A DNA stretch of 64,000 nt, taken from positions 1,504,001 to 1,568,000 of the forward strand of contig CAVQXP010000004.1 in the NCBI GenBank assembly GCA_963717935.1, written 5' to 3'. The position numbers and the translations under genes were made by a program. A model generated the notes under the pieces. The model made no database searches and was not told the origin of the DNA. It was given only the letters and a program-made list of their open reading frames with translations. This document shows positions 28,652 to 41,760 of the stretch, piece after piece; position 1 is the stretch's first letter, and each line of letters begins with the position of its first letter. Origin of the DNA: Candidatus Eiseniibacteriota bacterium (GTDB lineage: Bacteria > Eisenbacteria > RBG-16-71-46).

Positions 28652-28781
28652 CGGGGAAGGGCGGAGAACGCGGCGGGGGCGGACGAATCCGGGTGGCCCC
28701 CGCCAGCATCTCATAGGAGTCGAACGGCCGCCGCTGGCCCGGTGGTCGCATGCCCACGTCTTCCCCCAGGGAGGAGGGCCG

Positions 28782-31035
28782 ATGTCCCTCGAGATCGCGC
28801 GGACGCTCTACGCGAGCATGCCCGGCCGCTTCGCGGAGGCTCGGAAGCGCTTCGGACGCCCCCTCACCTTCACCGAGAAGATCCTGGTGGCCCACGCGGA
28901 CGATTTCGCCGCGCAGGACTGGAGCCGGGGCCACGCCATGCTGGCCCTGCGTCCCGACCGGGTCGCCATGCAGGACGCCACCGCCCAGATGGCGCTGCTG
29001 CAGTTCATGCAATCGGGACGCGAGCGCGTGGCCGTCCCCAGCACGATCCACTGCGACCACCTGATCCGCGCCCGCACGGGCGCGGCGGAGGATCTGTCCA
29101 GGGCGCTGGGCGAGAACCGCGAGGTCTACGCGTTCCTCTCGTCGGCGGCGCGCAAGTACGGCATCGGGTTCTGGAAGCCCGGTGCGGGGATCATCCACCA
29201 GGTGGTGCTCGAGAACTACGCCTTCCCCGGCGGTCTGATGATCGGGACCGATTCGCACACCCCCAACGGCGGTGGTCTCGGCATGCTCGCGGTCGGGGTG
29301 GGCGGCGCCGACGCCGGCGAGGTCATGGCCGGCCTCGCCTGGGAGGTGCTCGCCCCGAAGCTCATCGGCGTGCGGCTGCGCGGCCGGCTCTCGGGGTGGA
29401 CCTCGCCCAAGGACGTCATCCTGCGGCTCTGCGGCCTGCTCACGGTCAGGGGCGGGACCAACCAGGTGCTCGAGTTCTTCGGCGAGGGCGCGGCCTCGAT
29501 CTCCTGCACCGGCAAGGCGACGATCACGAACATGGGCGCCGAACTGGGGGCCACGGGCTCGGTCTTTCCCTTCGACGGGAGGATGGAGTCGTACCTGCGG
29601 CAGACCGGGCGTGCCGGCCTCGCCGACCTCGCCGCTGCGAACCGCGCCCTGCTCGGTCCCGACCCCGAGGTCCTCGACGCCCCCGAGCGCTTCTACGACG
29701 AGATCGTGGACGTGGACCTCTCGGCGCTGGAGGCCCAGATCGTGGGTCCGCACACGCCGGACCTGACGCGGCCGGTGTCGCGCATGGGCGCCGACGCGAA
29801 GGAGCACGGCTATCCGGTCGAGTTGCGCGCGGCGCTCATCGGGTCGTGCACCAACTCCTCGTACGAGGACATGAGCCGCGCCGCGGCCGTGGCGCGGCAG
29901 GGGCTTGCCGCCGGGCTCCGGGCACGCATCCCGCTCTACATCACGCCCGGCTCGACCCGGATCTACGACACCGTCGAGCGCGACGGCATGCTCGACACCT
30001 TCCGCCAGATGGGGGCGACCGTGCTGGCCAACGCCTGCGGCCCCTGCATCGGGCAGTGGAGCCGCGCCGACGCCGTGCCCGGGCGCGTGGATTCGATCGT
30101 CTCGTCGTTCAACCGCAACTTCCCCGGGCGCAACGACGGGATGGCCGAGACCATGTCGTTCCTCGCCAGTCCCGAGATCGTCACCGCCCTGGCCTTCGCC
30201 GGTCGCCTTGACTTCGACCCGCTGAACGGCGCGCTCGAGACCGCGAGCGGGGCGCCGCTGCGCTTCTCCGCGCCACGGGGCGAGGAGCACCCCCCGCGCG
30301 GCTTCGCCGAGGGCGACGAGGGCTATGTCCCGCCCGCGGCCGTGGGCGAGAGCGTCGAGATCGAGCTCGCACCCGACAGCGAGCGCATCCGGCGGCTCGA
30401 GGCCTTCCCCCGCTGGGACGGGAAGGACTTCCGGGACCTCCCGGTCCTGATCAAGACGCAGGGCAAGACCACGACCGACCACATCTCGCCGGCGGGGGCG
30501 TGGCTGCGCTACCGCGGCCACCTCGACCGGATCAGCGACAACGTGTTCCTCGGTGCGACCAACGCCTTCGCGAGCGAACGGGGCCGGGGGACCGACGTCC
30601 TTGCCGGGGAGTCGGGTCTCGGCATCGCCGAGATCGCCCGGCGCTACAAGGCACAGGGGCTGGGCTCGGTGGTCATCGGCGACGAGAACTACGGCGAGGG
30701 CAGCAGCCGCGAGCACGCGGCCATGTCCCCGCGCCACCTCGGCGTGAAGGTGGTCATCGCGCGCTCCTTCGCGCGCATCCACGAGACCAACCTCAAGAAG
30801 CAGGGCATCCTCCCGCTGGTCTTCGCCGACGCGGCCGACTGGGAGCGGATCGAGCGCGACGACCGCGTCAGCGTCATCGGCCTGGCGGCATCTGGCTCCC
30901 GGGCGGCCCGTCCGCGTCGCGATCGTGAAGCCCGATGGCCGCAATCTCGAGTTCGAGACCCGGCACAGCCTCACCGCACGGCAGATCGACTGGTTCAGAG
31001 CCGGCTCGGCCCTGAACGCGCTCCAGCATGGTTGA
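28782..31035 (+). CDS. Aconitate hydratase (mitochondrial-type), one frameshift near 30890
   Basis: RPDRVAMQDATAQMA, IHCDHLI, DSHT, IGSCTNSSYED, ACGPCIGQW, FNRNF, NYGEGSSREHAA; C-terminus LAPGRPV...WFRAGSALN lies in a shifted frame ending at TGA 31033-31035. Confidence 0.92.
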
Positions 31036-31053
31036 GAAAGGCCGGGACCCCCC

Positions 31054-32343
31054 ATGACGACCTTCGAGAAGCTGAAGCCTCCGGTGAACGGCGAGCGCAT
31101 CACCCTGGAGGCCGACGGCAGGCTGCGCGTTCCCGACCGGCCCGTGCTCCTCTTCATCGAGGGCGACGGCACCGGCCCCGACCTCTGGCGCGCCGCGGTG
31201 CGCGTCCTCGACGCGGCCGTCGAGCGGGCCTACGGTGGCCGGCGCCGGATCGAGTGGTTCGAGGTCTACGCGGGGGAGAAGTCGAACCAGGTCTACGGGC
31301 CCGGCACCTGGCTGCCCGAGGAGACGCTCGCGGCGTTCCGCGAGTACCGCGTGGGCATCAAGGGCCCGCTCACCACGCCCGTCGGGGGCGGCATCCGCAG
31401 CATCAACGTCGCGCTGCGCCAGCAGCTCGACCTCTATGTCTGCCTGCGACCGGTGCGCTGGTACCGCGGCGTGCCCTCGCCCGTGCGCAAGCCGCAGAAC
31501 GTGGACATGGTGATCTTCCGCGAGAACACCGAGGACATCTACGCCGGCATCGAGTGGGAGGCGGGCACCCCCGAGGTCGCGAAGGTCGTCGAGTTCCTGG
31601 TGCGGCAGATGGGCGTGAAGCAGATCCGCTTCCCCGGGACCTCGAGCATCGGGATCAAGCCCGTGAGCGAGGAGGGCACGAAGCGCCTGGTGCGCGCCGC
31701 CCTGCGCTGGGCGCTTGCCCACGGCCGCCGGAGCCTGACGCTCGTCCACAAGGGCAACATCATGAAGTTCACCGAGGGCGGCTTCCGCAGGTGGGGTTAC
31801 GAGGTCGCGAAGGCCGAGTTCGGCGCGCAGACCGTGTCCTGGGAGGAGTGCGGCGGGGACCCGCCGGCCGGGAAGCTCCTCGTCAAGGACGCCATCGCCG
31901 ACAGCTTCCTGCAGCAGATCCTGACGCGCCCGGCCGAGTACGACGTGGTCGCCACCACGAACCTGAACGGTGACTACATCTCGGACGCGCTCGCGGCCCA
32001 GGTCGGCGGGCTCGGGATCGCGCCGGGGGCGAACCTCAACTACGACACCGGCCACGCGGTCTTCGAAGCGACCCACGGCACCGCCCCCAGGTACACGGGG
32101 CAGGACAAGGTGAACCCCGGGTCGCTCATCCTTTCCGGGGTGATGATGCTGGACTACCTCGGCTGGAGCGAGGCCGCGCGGCTGATCGAGTCGGGCCTCG
32201 AGCGGGCGATCGAGGCCGGCACCGTGACCTACGACCTCGCGCGGCTCATGCGCGAGGAGCGGCGCGCGGAAGTGCGCGAGGTGCGTTGTTCCGAGTTCGC
32301 GACGGAGATCATCAACCGCTTCGACGGCCCGGTGCGGGCGTGA
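31054..32343 (+). CDS. icd: NADP-dependent isocitrate dehydrogenase
   Basis: [56 protein letters not shown]. Confidence 0.97.
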   Translation: MTTFEKLKPPVNGERITLEADGRLRVPDRPVLLFIEGDGTGPDLWRAAVRVLDAAVERAYGGRRRIEWFEVYAGEKSNQVYGPGTWLPEETLAAFREYRVGIKGPLTTPVGGGIRSINVALRQQLDLYVCLRPVRWYRGVPSPVRKPQNVDMVIFRENTEDIYAGIEWEAGTPEVAKVVEFLVRQMGVKQIRFPGTSSIGIKPVSEEGTKRLVRAALRWALAHGRRSLTLVHKGNIMKFTEGGFRRWGYEVAKAEFGAQTVSWEECGGDPPAGKLLVKDAIADSFLQQILTRPAEYDVVATTNLNGDYISDALAAQVGGLGIAPGANLNYDTGHAVFEATHGTAPRYTGQDKVNPGSLILSGVMMLDYLGWSEAARLIESGLERAIEAGTVTYDLARLMREERRAEVREVRCSEFATEIINRFDGPVRA

Positions 32344-32363
32344 AGGACGGGAGGCGAGACGCC

Positions 32364-33651
<1,288 letters not shown>

Positions 33652-33667
33652 CGGGGGAGGAGACGGA

Positions 33668-33695
33668 ACGGGGCCCCGCTCGCGCGGGGCCCCGT
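33668..33695. terminator. Bidirectional terminator-like hairpin between gltA and tldE
   Basis: ACGGGGCCCCGC-tcgc-GCGGGGCCCCGT, perfect 12-bp stem. Confidence 0.7.
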
Positions 33696-33730
33696 CGTTC
33701 GCTGCGGGCCGGATGCCGGTGTCGCCGGTC

Positions 33731-35072
33731 CTAGCCCTGCTTGCCGCCCACCGTGATCTCGGCGAACTTGATGGTCGGCGCCGAGATCCGGTCGCGCATC
33801 TCGAGGTCGTTGCCCACCATCTCGACGTTCTGCAGCAGCGTGCCGAGGTTGGCGGAGATGGTGATCTCGGACACCGGGAAGGCGAGTGCGCCCTTCTCGA
33901 TCCACAGGCCGAACGCGCCCACCGAGATGTCCCCGGTCGTCGGCTCCTGCCCCAGCCCGAGGAAGCGCGTGAGGTAGAGGCCCTTGTCCACCGACTTGAT
34001 GATGTCCTCCGGGCTGGACGTGCCCGCCGCCCAGTAGAGGTTGTTGGGGCCGCCCGCGTTGCCCGTCGAGGCGCTGCTTGAGCTTGCTTGCCCCAGTAGG
34101 TGTCGAGCAGGTAGCTCTTCAGCACGCCCTTCTCGATGACCTCGATCCGGCGGCAGGGCACGCCCTCGCCGTCGAACGGGACCGTCGCCGCGCCCGCCGA
34201 CCAGCAGGCCGTCGTCCACGATGTTGACCCGCTCGTTGCCGACCTTCGTGCCCGAGCTTGTCGGCCAGGAACGACTGCCGGCGCGCGATGCTGATGCCGC
34301 TCAGGCACTGCGCCAGGAAGCCGAGCAGCCAGGCGCCCATCTGCGGGTCGAACACCACGGGCACGTTCTGGGTCTCGACCGTGCGCCCGCCGAGCAGCCG
34401 CACCATGCGCTCCACGGCGATCTTCCCGAGCTCCTCCGGCGGCTTCAGGTCGGCCAGCTGGGTCGAGGAGTCGCCCCAGTAGTCCTCGAACAGGTTGGTG
34501 CCCTCGCCGCCCTGGAAGCCGCCGCCGCAGTTGATGAGGCTGCGACGGTAGGAGCCGGCGAAGCCCTTCGAGTTCGCCAGCGTCACGTTCCAGTTGAACG
34601 AGTTGCAGCTGGCGCCCATGGACTTCTTGATCCGCGGGTCCTTGAGGCCGACCGCCTCGAGCCGCCTTGGCGACGGCGATGCGCTTCTCGACGGTCACCT
34701 CGGTCACCGCCGGATCGAAGATCTTGAGCTCCTCGACCTTCGCCTGGATCGGCTCCGCCTCGGGCAGTCCTCCGAACGGGTCCTGGCCCGCCAGCCGGGC
34801 CCGTGCGATGGCGTTGTCCACCAGCCGCTCGAGGGTCTCGGTGGCGAAGTCCGAGGACGACGCGCTGGCGGCCTTGCCGTCCACGAAGACGCGCAGGTTG
34901 AGGTTCTTGAACACGGACTCGGTGAGCCGGTCGATGTTCTGGTCGAGGACGTTGACGCGGGACTCCAGCGCCCTCCTGGATGGTCACCTCGACCTCGGAG
35001 GCGCCCTTGCTGCGTGCCGTACGCCACCAGGCTCTGGGCCAGCCCCATCCGATCGTTGGTCTTCGCGCTCAT
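33731..35072 (-). CDS. pmbA: TldE/PmbA family protein, broken by about 6 frameshifts (probably sequencing errors)
   Basis: Fragments across frames: LNLRVF.DG, LANSKGF, VPVVFDP, PFDGEG, GVLKSYL, TGNA, TGD.S.GA.G..IE.G, TISANL. Confidence 0.8.
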
Positions 35073-36602
35073 GACCGGCCTCCCACCGTCATCTGGCGGA
35101 TCTTGAAGGTCGGCGTGCCCGCGGTGACCGGCGCGCCCTGGCCGTCCTTGCCGCAGGTGCCCAGGAAGAACGCCAGGTCGTTGCCGATCATCTCCACCTC
35201 CTTGAGGATCTGGACGTTGGTGCCGATCAGCGTGGCGTTCTTCACCGGGTGCGTGAGCTTGCCGTCCTCGATGGCGTAGCCGAGGTTGACGGAGAAGGTG
35301 AACTTGCCCGTGTTCTCGACCATCCCGCCCGCGTAGCTCTCGGCGTAGAAGCCCTTCTTGACCGACTTGATGATGTCCTCGGGGCTCGCGTCGCCCGGGC
35401 GCGAGCACGGTGTTGTTCATGCGCGGGATCGGCATGTTGTCGAAGCGCTGGCGCCGTCCGTGTCCGTTGGGCTTCATCTTCAGGATCCGCGCGGAGAGCC
35501 GGTCGTGCAGGTAGCCGACCAGCCTGCCGTTCTCGATCAGCATGACCTTGCCGGTGGGCGTGCCCTCGTCGTCGACGTTGAGGCTGCCGCGGTAGTGGGG
35601 GATGGTGGCGTCGTCGTAGATGGTGACGCTCGGGTCGCGCCACCATCTGGCCCAGCTTGTCCCACATGATCGAGGTCTTCTGCCAGTTGCCGTCGGCCTC
35701 GAGCGGGTGCCCCACGGCCTCGTGGACCATGACGCCCGAGTTGAAGTTGCCCAGCACCACCGGCCACTCGCCCGGCGCCGGGTCCTCGGCCGCGAGCAGG
35801 ATGATCGCCTCCTTGGCCGCCCGCTCGCCGATCTCCTTCGGGGTCGTGCCCGCGGTCCGGTAGAAGGCCATCCCGACGCGGCCCCCCGCGTTGCCCCGGC
35901 CGGAGACGCGCTTGCCGTCGTCCTCGGCGGTCGCGGACGCGACGCAGCCGCACCTGCGGCCGCGCGTCGGACACCATCAGCCCGTCGCTGTTGACGATGG
36001 TCACGCACTGCAGCGAGTCGGCGAGGTTCGCCACCACCTTGGTGATGCGCGGGTCGTGCCCCTTGGCCGCCTGGTAGGCCTCCTTGACCAGCGTGATCCG
36101 GTCTCCCAGCGGGGCGTCGGCGAACGGGCTCGTCATCATGTAGACCTGCCGGCCCGGCTGGACCGGCTTGATCGCCGCCGCGCGGACCTTGGCCCCGGAC
36201 GAGGCGATGGCCGCCGCCGTGAGCGCCGCGCGCTGCATCGTCTCGGGCGAGAGGTCCGAGGTGTAGGCGAAGCCGGTCTGCTTGCCGTTCAGCACCCGGA
36301 TCCCCACGCCCAGCGCGACGTCCTCGGCTGGACTCGCGGATGATGTCGTCCTCCATCACCACGTTGTTGCTCAGCGTGTACTCGAAGAAGAGCTCGGCGA
36401 AGTCGCCGCCCTTGGACAGGGCCGCCTCGAGCACCTTCTTCATGACCTCCTTCGTGACGCCGAACCGGCTCGCGAACAACTCCTCGCCCGGCTTGAGGAT
36501 CATCCCGGCGAACAGCTGGTCGTAGAACAGGCTCGAGAGCACGACGGCCCCGGCTCCGGCCCCGGCGAGCTTGAGGAACTTCCGTCGTTCGATCGGTTTC
36601 AT
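35069..36602 (-). CDS. tldD: TldD family metalloprotease with twin-arginine signal, about 4 frameshifts
   Basis: ERRKFLK Tat motif; GGDFAELFFE, GIRVL..G.GFAY, HEAVGHPLEAD, DDEG, PRMNNT, GTCGKDGQ. Confidence 0.88.
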
Positions 36603-36923
36603 CCGTTGTTCCCTCCCCAGGAGAGCGTGGCGCATGGCGGCAGGAGTGCCGCCGATCCGGCGAGTTGAGGCGGCATCATACGCGAGCGGACGTGAGCGCC
36701 CGGGAATGCCGGACGACGGAAGCGGGAATCAGCGTGACGAGCGGGGAGAGAGCGGCCGCACACGCACGCCGGTCGTGCCCACGCTTGGCAACGCCGTGAC
36801 ACCGGCGCGCGCCCGCGGCCATCGGAAGGTGATGGGCACGAGCGGAGCCTGCGCGGAGTCCCGCGTCGGATCGGGATACCCGGCGTGCCCGTTCCCCGTG
36901 CCGGAGTGAAAGCGACCGTTCCC

Positions 36924-37796
36924 ATGACCGACGCCAGAGCCGTCCTCGAGATCTCCGGGCCGCTCTCGACCCACTGGGTCGGGAACGGCTTCCCCGTGCG
37001 CACGCTGTTCTCGCCGCAGGCTCAGGGACAGGGCCGCAGCCCGTTCCTGCTGCTGGACTACGCGGGTCCGCGCGACTTCGAGCCCACCACGGCGCGGCGC
37101 GGGGTGGAAGAGCATCCTCACCGCGGTTTCGAGACGGTGACCCTCGTCTACCGGGGCGAGCTCGAGCATCGCGACTCGGCCGGCCACCAGGGCCGGCTCG
37201 GCCCCGGGGACGTGCAGTGGATGACCGCCGCCTCGGGCGTGGTGCACGAGGAACTGCACGAGCGCGAGTTCGCCCGGCGTGGCGGCACCTTCGAGGCGGT
37301 GCAGCTCTGGGTGAACCTGCCCGCGGCGCACAAGCTCTCGCCGCCCCGCTATCAGGAGTTGCCCGCCGCGCGGATCCCCGTCGTCACCCTGCCCGGTGGC
37401 GCGTACGTGCGCGTCATCGCCGGCGATTGCGGGGGCATCGAAGGCGTGGCGCACACCGTGACTCCCCTCAACGTGTGGGACGTGCGGGTCGCGGCCGGCA
37501 GGCGGGCGGACCTGGAGATCCCGGCGGGGCACAACGCGATCGTGGCCTTGCTCCGGGGTGAAGTGGCCGTCGAGGGCAAGGGAACCCTGGCCGGGCCACA
37601 GGCCGTGCTGCTGGGCCGAGACGGAGACCGCGTCGTGCTCGAGGCGAAGAGCGATGCGGGCCTGCTCCTGCTGACCGGCGAGCCCCTGGACGAGCCGATC
37701 GTGAGCCACGGGCCGTTCGTCATGAACACCGACGCGGAGATCCGGCAGGCGTTCGACGACTACCGCAGCGGCCGGATGGGGCGCCTGGCCGGCTGA
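36924..37796 (+). CDS. Pirin family protein
   Basis: PFLLLD, HPHRGFETVT, HRDS, QWMTA.SGV.HEE, QLWVNLP, GPFVMN. Confidence 0.95.
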   Translation: MTDARAVLEISGPLSTHWVGNGFPVRTLFSPQAQGQGRSPFLLLDYAGPRDFEPTTARRGVEEHPHRGFETVTLVYRGELEHRDSAGHQGRLGPGDVQWMTAASGVVHEELHEREFARRGGTFEAVQLWVNLPAAHKLSPPRYQELPAARIPVVTLPGGAYVRVIAGDCGGIEGVAHTVTPLNVWDVRVAAGRRADLEIPAGHNAIVALLRGEVAVEGKGTLAGPQAVLLGRDGDRVVLEAKSDAGLLLLTGEPLDEPIVSHGPFVMNTDAEIRQAFDDYRSGRMGRLAG

Positions 37797-37833
37797 ACGG
37801 GACAGCGCCCGGGCCCGGCGCGGCGGCGGGGGC

Positions 37834-39063
37834 TCAGCCGAAGAACAGGTAGCAGACGAGGATCGCCGCCACCACGCCCGCCGCGTCAGCCGCGAGGCCG
37901 CAGCCCAGGGCGTGGCGCGTCCGCTTCACCCCGACCGACCCGAAGTAGACGGCGAGGACGTAGAAGGTGGTCTCGGTGCTGCCCTGGATCACGCACACCA
38001 GGCGGCCCGCGAACGAGTCGGGACCGAGCGCCTTCATGGTCTCGACCATCAGGCCGCGCGCACCGCTGCCCGAGAGCGGCTTGATCAGCGCGGTCGGCAG
38101 GGCGTCCACCCAGCGGGTGTCGAGCGCGAGCGCGCTTGCGCCCGCGCGCAGGCTGCCGAGCAGCGCGTCGAGGGCGCCGCTGGCGCGCAGCACCCCCACC
38201 GCCACGAGGATCGCGACCAGGTAGGGCACGATCCCGATCGCGACCTGGAAGCCCTCCTTCGCGCCCTCGACGAAGGTCTCGTACAGCGGCACCCTGCGGC
38301 GGGCACCCGCGGCCAGGAACAGCACGACCACGGCCAGCAGCAACGCGTTCGCGAGCAGGCCCGACTGCCGGCCGACGGCCGCGGCGTCGAGCCGGGCGAA
38401 GTACCACACCAGCCCGCCCACCGCGGCGGTGAGCAGGCCGAGCCAGCCCACCACCGCGCGGTTCCAGAGGTTCAGCCGCTGCACCGCCGCCGTGACCAGC
38501 AGGCCGCACATCGTGCTGCAGTAGGTGGCGATCAGGATCGGCACGAAGACGTCGGTCGGGTCGGCCGCGCCGAGCTGGGCGCGGAACGTGAAGACCGTCA
38601 TCGGCAGCACCGTCACCGACGACGCGTTGATCACCATGAAGAGGATCATCTCGTCGGTGGCACGGTCGGGCTCGCGGTTGAGCGTCTGCAGCTCGCGCAT
38701 CGCCTTGAGGCCCAGCGGTGTGGCGGCGTTGTCGAGGCCGAGCGCGTTGGCCGACAGGTTCATCACGATCGCGCCGGCGGCGGGATGCCCGTCGGGGAGG
38801 CCGGGGAAGAGGCGCCGGAACAGCGGCCGGAACGCGCGCGCGATCCCCTCGACCACGCCGCCGCGCTCACCGATCCGCATCAGGCCGAGCCACAGGCTCA
38901 TCACGCCCGTGAGCCCGAGCGCGATCTCGAAGCCGGTCTTGGCGGAGTCGAACAGGGCGCCGACGACTTCGCGGAAGACATCCGGCCGGCCGAATACCAC
39001 CGCCTGCACCACGGCGGCGGCGAACGCGACGACGAAGAAGGCGGCCCAGATCCAGTTGAGCAT
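37834..39063 (-). CDS. SpmA/SpmB fusion (nucleoside recognition Gate domain) membrane protein
   Basis: LWLGLMRIGE, AN.LGLDNAATPLGLKAM, FVEGAKEGF, KPLSGSGA, GSTETTFYV.AVYFGSVG. Confidence 0.9.
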   Translation of the reverse strand: MLNWIWAAFFVVAFAAAVVQAVVFGRPDVFREVVGALFDSAKTGFEIALGLTGVMSLWLGLMRIGERGGVVEGIARAFRPLFRRLFPGLPDGHPAAGAIVMNLSANALGLDNAATPLGLKAMRELQTLNREPDRATDEMILFMVINASSVTVLPMTVFTFRAQLGAADPTDVFVPILIATYCSTMCGLLVTAAVQRLNLWNRAVVGWLGLLTAAVGGLVWYFARLDAAAVGRQSGLLANALLLAVVVLFLAAGARRRVPLYETFVEGAKEGFQVAIGIVPYLVAILVAVGVLRASGALDALLGSLRAGASALALDTRWVDALPTALIKPLSGSGARGLMVETMKALGPDSFAGRLVCVIQGSTETTFYVLAVYFGSVGVKRTRHALGCGLAADAAGVVAAILVCYLFFG

Positions 39064-39159
39064 GGGCGGCAGCATAAGCGAAGCCGGGGCCGCGGTCATG
39101 CACGCGTTGCCCGGCGCCGGGGCGGGGCGCGGTCCAGGGCGTCCGCCGGGGCCGGAGCG

Positions 39160-39188
39160 GGGCGAGCAGAGGCACCATGCGCTCGCCC
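39160..39188. repeat. Dispersed REP-like hairpin core (copy 2 at 58688-58716, opposite orientation)
   Basis: GGGCGAGCAGAGGCACCATGCGCTCGCCC is the exact reverse complement of 58688-58716. Confidence 0.85.
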
Positions 39189-39278
39189 CCGGCGGAAGCT
39201 GCTTCAGCGCCCGTGTTCGTCGCTACGCGAACGCCCCCGGGTCTCCCCGGGGGCGTCTCTCTCCGGCGATGCCCCGGC

Positions 39279-40181
39279 TCAGGCCCGTGCGCCCGCCTTC
39301 GCGACCGCCTCGACGGCGGGCTTGAGCGTGTCGATCGCGAACTGCCGCAGGGTGGTCGGCGTCGTGGTCTCGGGGTTCCGTGGCTCCGCCTGCTGGAACA
39401 CGCCGCTGCCCATCGCGTCGTACATCTCGACGTAGGAGTCGGCCACATAGGCCGGCAGCCCGCCGCCGAGCATGGCCTGCTTCGCCTGCTCCCCGGTGAC
39501 CTGCACGAAGCGGAGCGGCCGGCCCAGCGCTTCGCCGAGGATCTGCGCAGTCTGCTCGTAACTCAGATCCGCGGGCCCGTGAAGCCCCAGGATGCGCTGC
39601 CCGGTCCAGGTGCCGTCGCCCAGGAGCGCGATCGCCCGCATCGCGATGTCGCGCGTCGCGATCTGCGGGAAGCGCACGTCGCCCGCGATCGGGGCGAAGA
39701 TCGCGCCCATCGTGGCGATGCTGGCGACGCTGGCCAGGTGGTTCTCCATGAAGAACGTCGGCCGCAGGATGACCAGGTCGGCGAACCCGGCCTGGAACTC
39801 CCGCTCGACCTGGTGAAGCGACGAGATCGGGCCCACCCCGGTGGGCACCTGCGCGCTGATGCTGGAGAGCACCACCGCGCGCTTCACGCCGTTCCCGCGG
39901 GCGGTCGCGACGGCGAGCCTGGCGAGGTCCTGGTTCCAGCGCTGGTAGTCGGGGTTCGCCAGTCCCGGCGTGACCCAGAAGAGGGTATCCACTCCCCGGG
40001 TGGCCCGGTCCAGGGTGGCGGGGTCATCCAGGTCGCCCTGGACCACGGGGGCCCGGGTGCCCAGGCCGTCCAGCTTCTCGGGATGGCGCGAGATCAGGTT
40101 GAGGTCCAGCCCGGCGTCGAGCAGGTGCCGGGTGACGAGACGGCCGATCTTGCCCGTGGGCGTATTGACGAGGATGCGCAT
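39279..40181 (-). CDS. NmrA-like NAD(P)-binding atypical SDR protein
   Basis: MRILV.TPTGKIG, GDLDD, VVLSS, LRPTFFMEN, IATRDIA. Confidence 0.85.
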   Translation of the reverse strand: MRILVNTPTGKIGRLVTRHLLDAGLDLNLISRHPEKLDGLGTRAPVVQGDLDDPATLDRATRGVDTLFWVTPGLANPDYQRWNQDLARLAVATARGNGVKRAVVLSSISAQVPTGVGPISSLHQVEREFQAGFADLVILRPTFFMENHLASVASIATMGAIFAPIAGDVRFPQIATRDIAMRAIALLGDGTWTGQRILGLHGPADLSYEQTAQILGEALGRPLRFVQVTGEQAKQAMLGGGLPAYVADSYVEMYDAMGSGVFQQAEPRNPETTTPTTLRQFAIDTLKPAVEAVAKAGARA

Positions 40182-40501
40182 CAGCAGGCTCCCGTGGAGG
40201 TATGGGGTCGGGTGGGAAGCTCGCGCGGAGGTTCGATCCGGCCACCCGGGCAGGGCCGGCGGCCGGACCGGTCCAGCGATGCATACTGAGATGCGCCAGG
40301 CTGCGGAGCGATCTTCGTGCACCGGCGGAACTGCGGGTGGAGGGCCGGCCCGGGCGGCCATCGCGCCCTGGGTCACGTGCGGCCGCGGGCGCCCGGGCAC
40401 GCGCACGCGCACGTTGCGCCACTCCGGGGCCGACGTGCTAGGTTTCGAGCCGCGAGCCGCGGCTCCTGGCACGTGATCCATCTCGGAGGCCTCGACGTCC
40501 C

Positions 40502-41689
40502 GTGAAGTACGCCATCGTTCTGCCCGACGGAGCCGCCGACGAACCGCTCGCGCAGCTGGGCGGGAGGACCCCGCTGGAGGCCGCCCGCATCCCGCACATG
40601 GACCGGGTCGCGGAGCAGGGCAGGCTCGGCCGCTACGTGACGATCCCGGAGGGCTTCACGCCCGCGACCGACGTGGGGACGCTGTCGGTCCTGGGGTACG
40701 ACCCGCAGGTCTACTACTCGGGGCGCGCGCCCATCGAGGCGGCGGCGAAGGGGCTGTCGGCCCGTCCGGACCAGATGATCTTCCGTTGCAACTTCGTGGC
40801 CATCCAGGACGGGCTCATGAAGGACAACACGGCCGGCCATATCGCCCAGACCGAGGCCGACGCGCTCATCGCCGGCCTGCAGCGGGAGCTGGCGGACGAG
40901 GGCTGCGAGTTCCACGCCGGGGTGACCTACCGGAACCTCATGCTCCTTGCGGATGCCGCGGATCTCCGGCTGCGCTGTGCCCCGCCCCACGACATCATCG
41001 ACCAGCCGGTCCCGGGGCATCTGCCGGCGGGCGAGGGGAGCGCCCGGGTCACGCGGATCATGGAGCGGGCGCGCGCCGTGATCGCCGCCCACGACGTGAA
41101 TCGCAGTCGGCGTGAGCAGGGACGCGATCCCGTCACCGACATCTGGCTCTGGGGCCAGGGCCGGCCGGCGCGCCTGGAGACCTTCGCCTCGCGCTTCGGA
41201 CCCCGGGCGGCCGTGATCACGGGCGTGGACATCCTGCGCGGCATGGCCCGCCTGATGGGCATGGAGATCCTCGAGGTGCCGGGCGCGACGGGCTACATCG
41301 ACACCGACTACGCGGGCAAGGGCCGGGCGGCCGTGCGCGCGCTCGACGAGTTCGACCTGGTCATCGTCCACGTCGAAGCGGCCGACGAATCCGCGCACAT
41401 GGGCGACGCCGGGGAGAAGGTCCGCGCGCTCGAGCGGATGGACCAGGCGATCGTGGGGCCGCTCCTCGAGAAGTTGGCCCGGAGCCCGGCGTGGCGCGTG
41501 CTCGTCGCCGTGGACCACCCGACCCTGACCACGACGCGGGGGCATTCGGCCATCCCGCCGCTGTTCGCCTACGCGGGCACCGGCATCGAGGCCGTGGAGC
41601 GGGCTCCGTTCACGGAGACGGCGGCTGAACGGGGCGGCTACTGGGTCATGCCCGGCCACCGGCTCATGGAGGTCTTCCTGCGGGGCTGA
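40502..41689 (+). CDS. ApgM-type cofactor-independent phosphoglycerate mutase family protein (subfamily also proposed as homoserine kinase)
   Basis: DGAADEP, TPLEAA..P.MD, GYDP...SGRAPIEAA, FRCN, PPHDI, WLWGQG, HVEA.DE..H, DHPT. Confidence 0.85.
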   Translation: MKYAIVLPDGAADEPLAQLGGRTPLEAARIPHMDRVAEQGRLGRYVTIPEGFTPATDVGTLSVLGYDPQVYYSGRAPIEAAAKGLSARPDQMIFRCNFVAIQDGLMKDNTAGHIAQTEADALIAGLQRELADEGCEFHAGVTYRNLMLLADAADLRLRCAPPHDIIDQPVPGHLPAGEGSARVTRIMERARAVIAAHDVNRSRREQGRDPVTDIWLWGQGRPARLETFASRFGPRAAVITGVDILRGMARLMGMEILEVPGATGYIDTDYAGKGRAAVRALDEFDLVIVHVEAADESAHMGDAGEKVRALERMDQAIVGPLLEKLARSPAWRVLVAVDHPTLTTTRGHSAIPPLFAYAGTGIEAVERAPFTETAAERGGYWVMPGHRLMEVFLRG

Positions 41690-41754
41690 GCCGGCCCTTG
41701 TCGGCCGGGGCCGCGGATGCGACCGGGGCCGGGGAGCGTCGTCTCCCCGGCCCC
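41690..41754. repeat. Left copy of diverged direct repeat (two hairpins) flanking the pilus cassette
   Basis: 41690-41745 matches 46452-46507 at 46/56 nt without gaps, last 22 nt identical. Confidence 0.85.
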
Positions 41755-41760
41755 CCCGGA

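Noticed and set aside
25526..28714. Very long antisense or alternate-frame ORFs (also 41698-44976, 28644-31172, 13891-14832 and others)
   Set aside because: Shadow ORFs expected at this GC content; R/G/P/A-rich and lying over genes with clear family motifs
28782..31973. 1063-aa ORF suggesting an aconitase fusion
   Set aside because: Caused by a frameshift near 30890; the true C-terminus ends at 31035 and the extension is an off-frame read through icd
37834..39063. spmAB as evidence of sporulation
   Set aside because: Fused SpmAB proteins are widespread in non-sporulating Gram-negative bacteria
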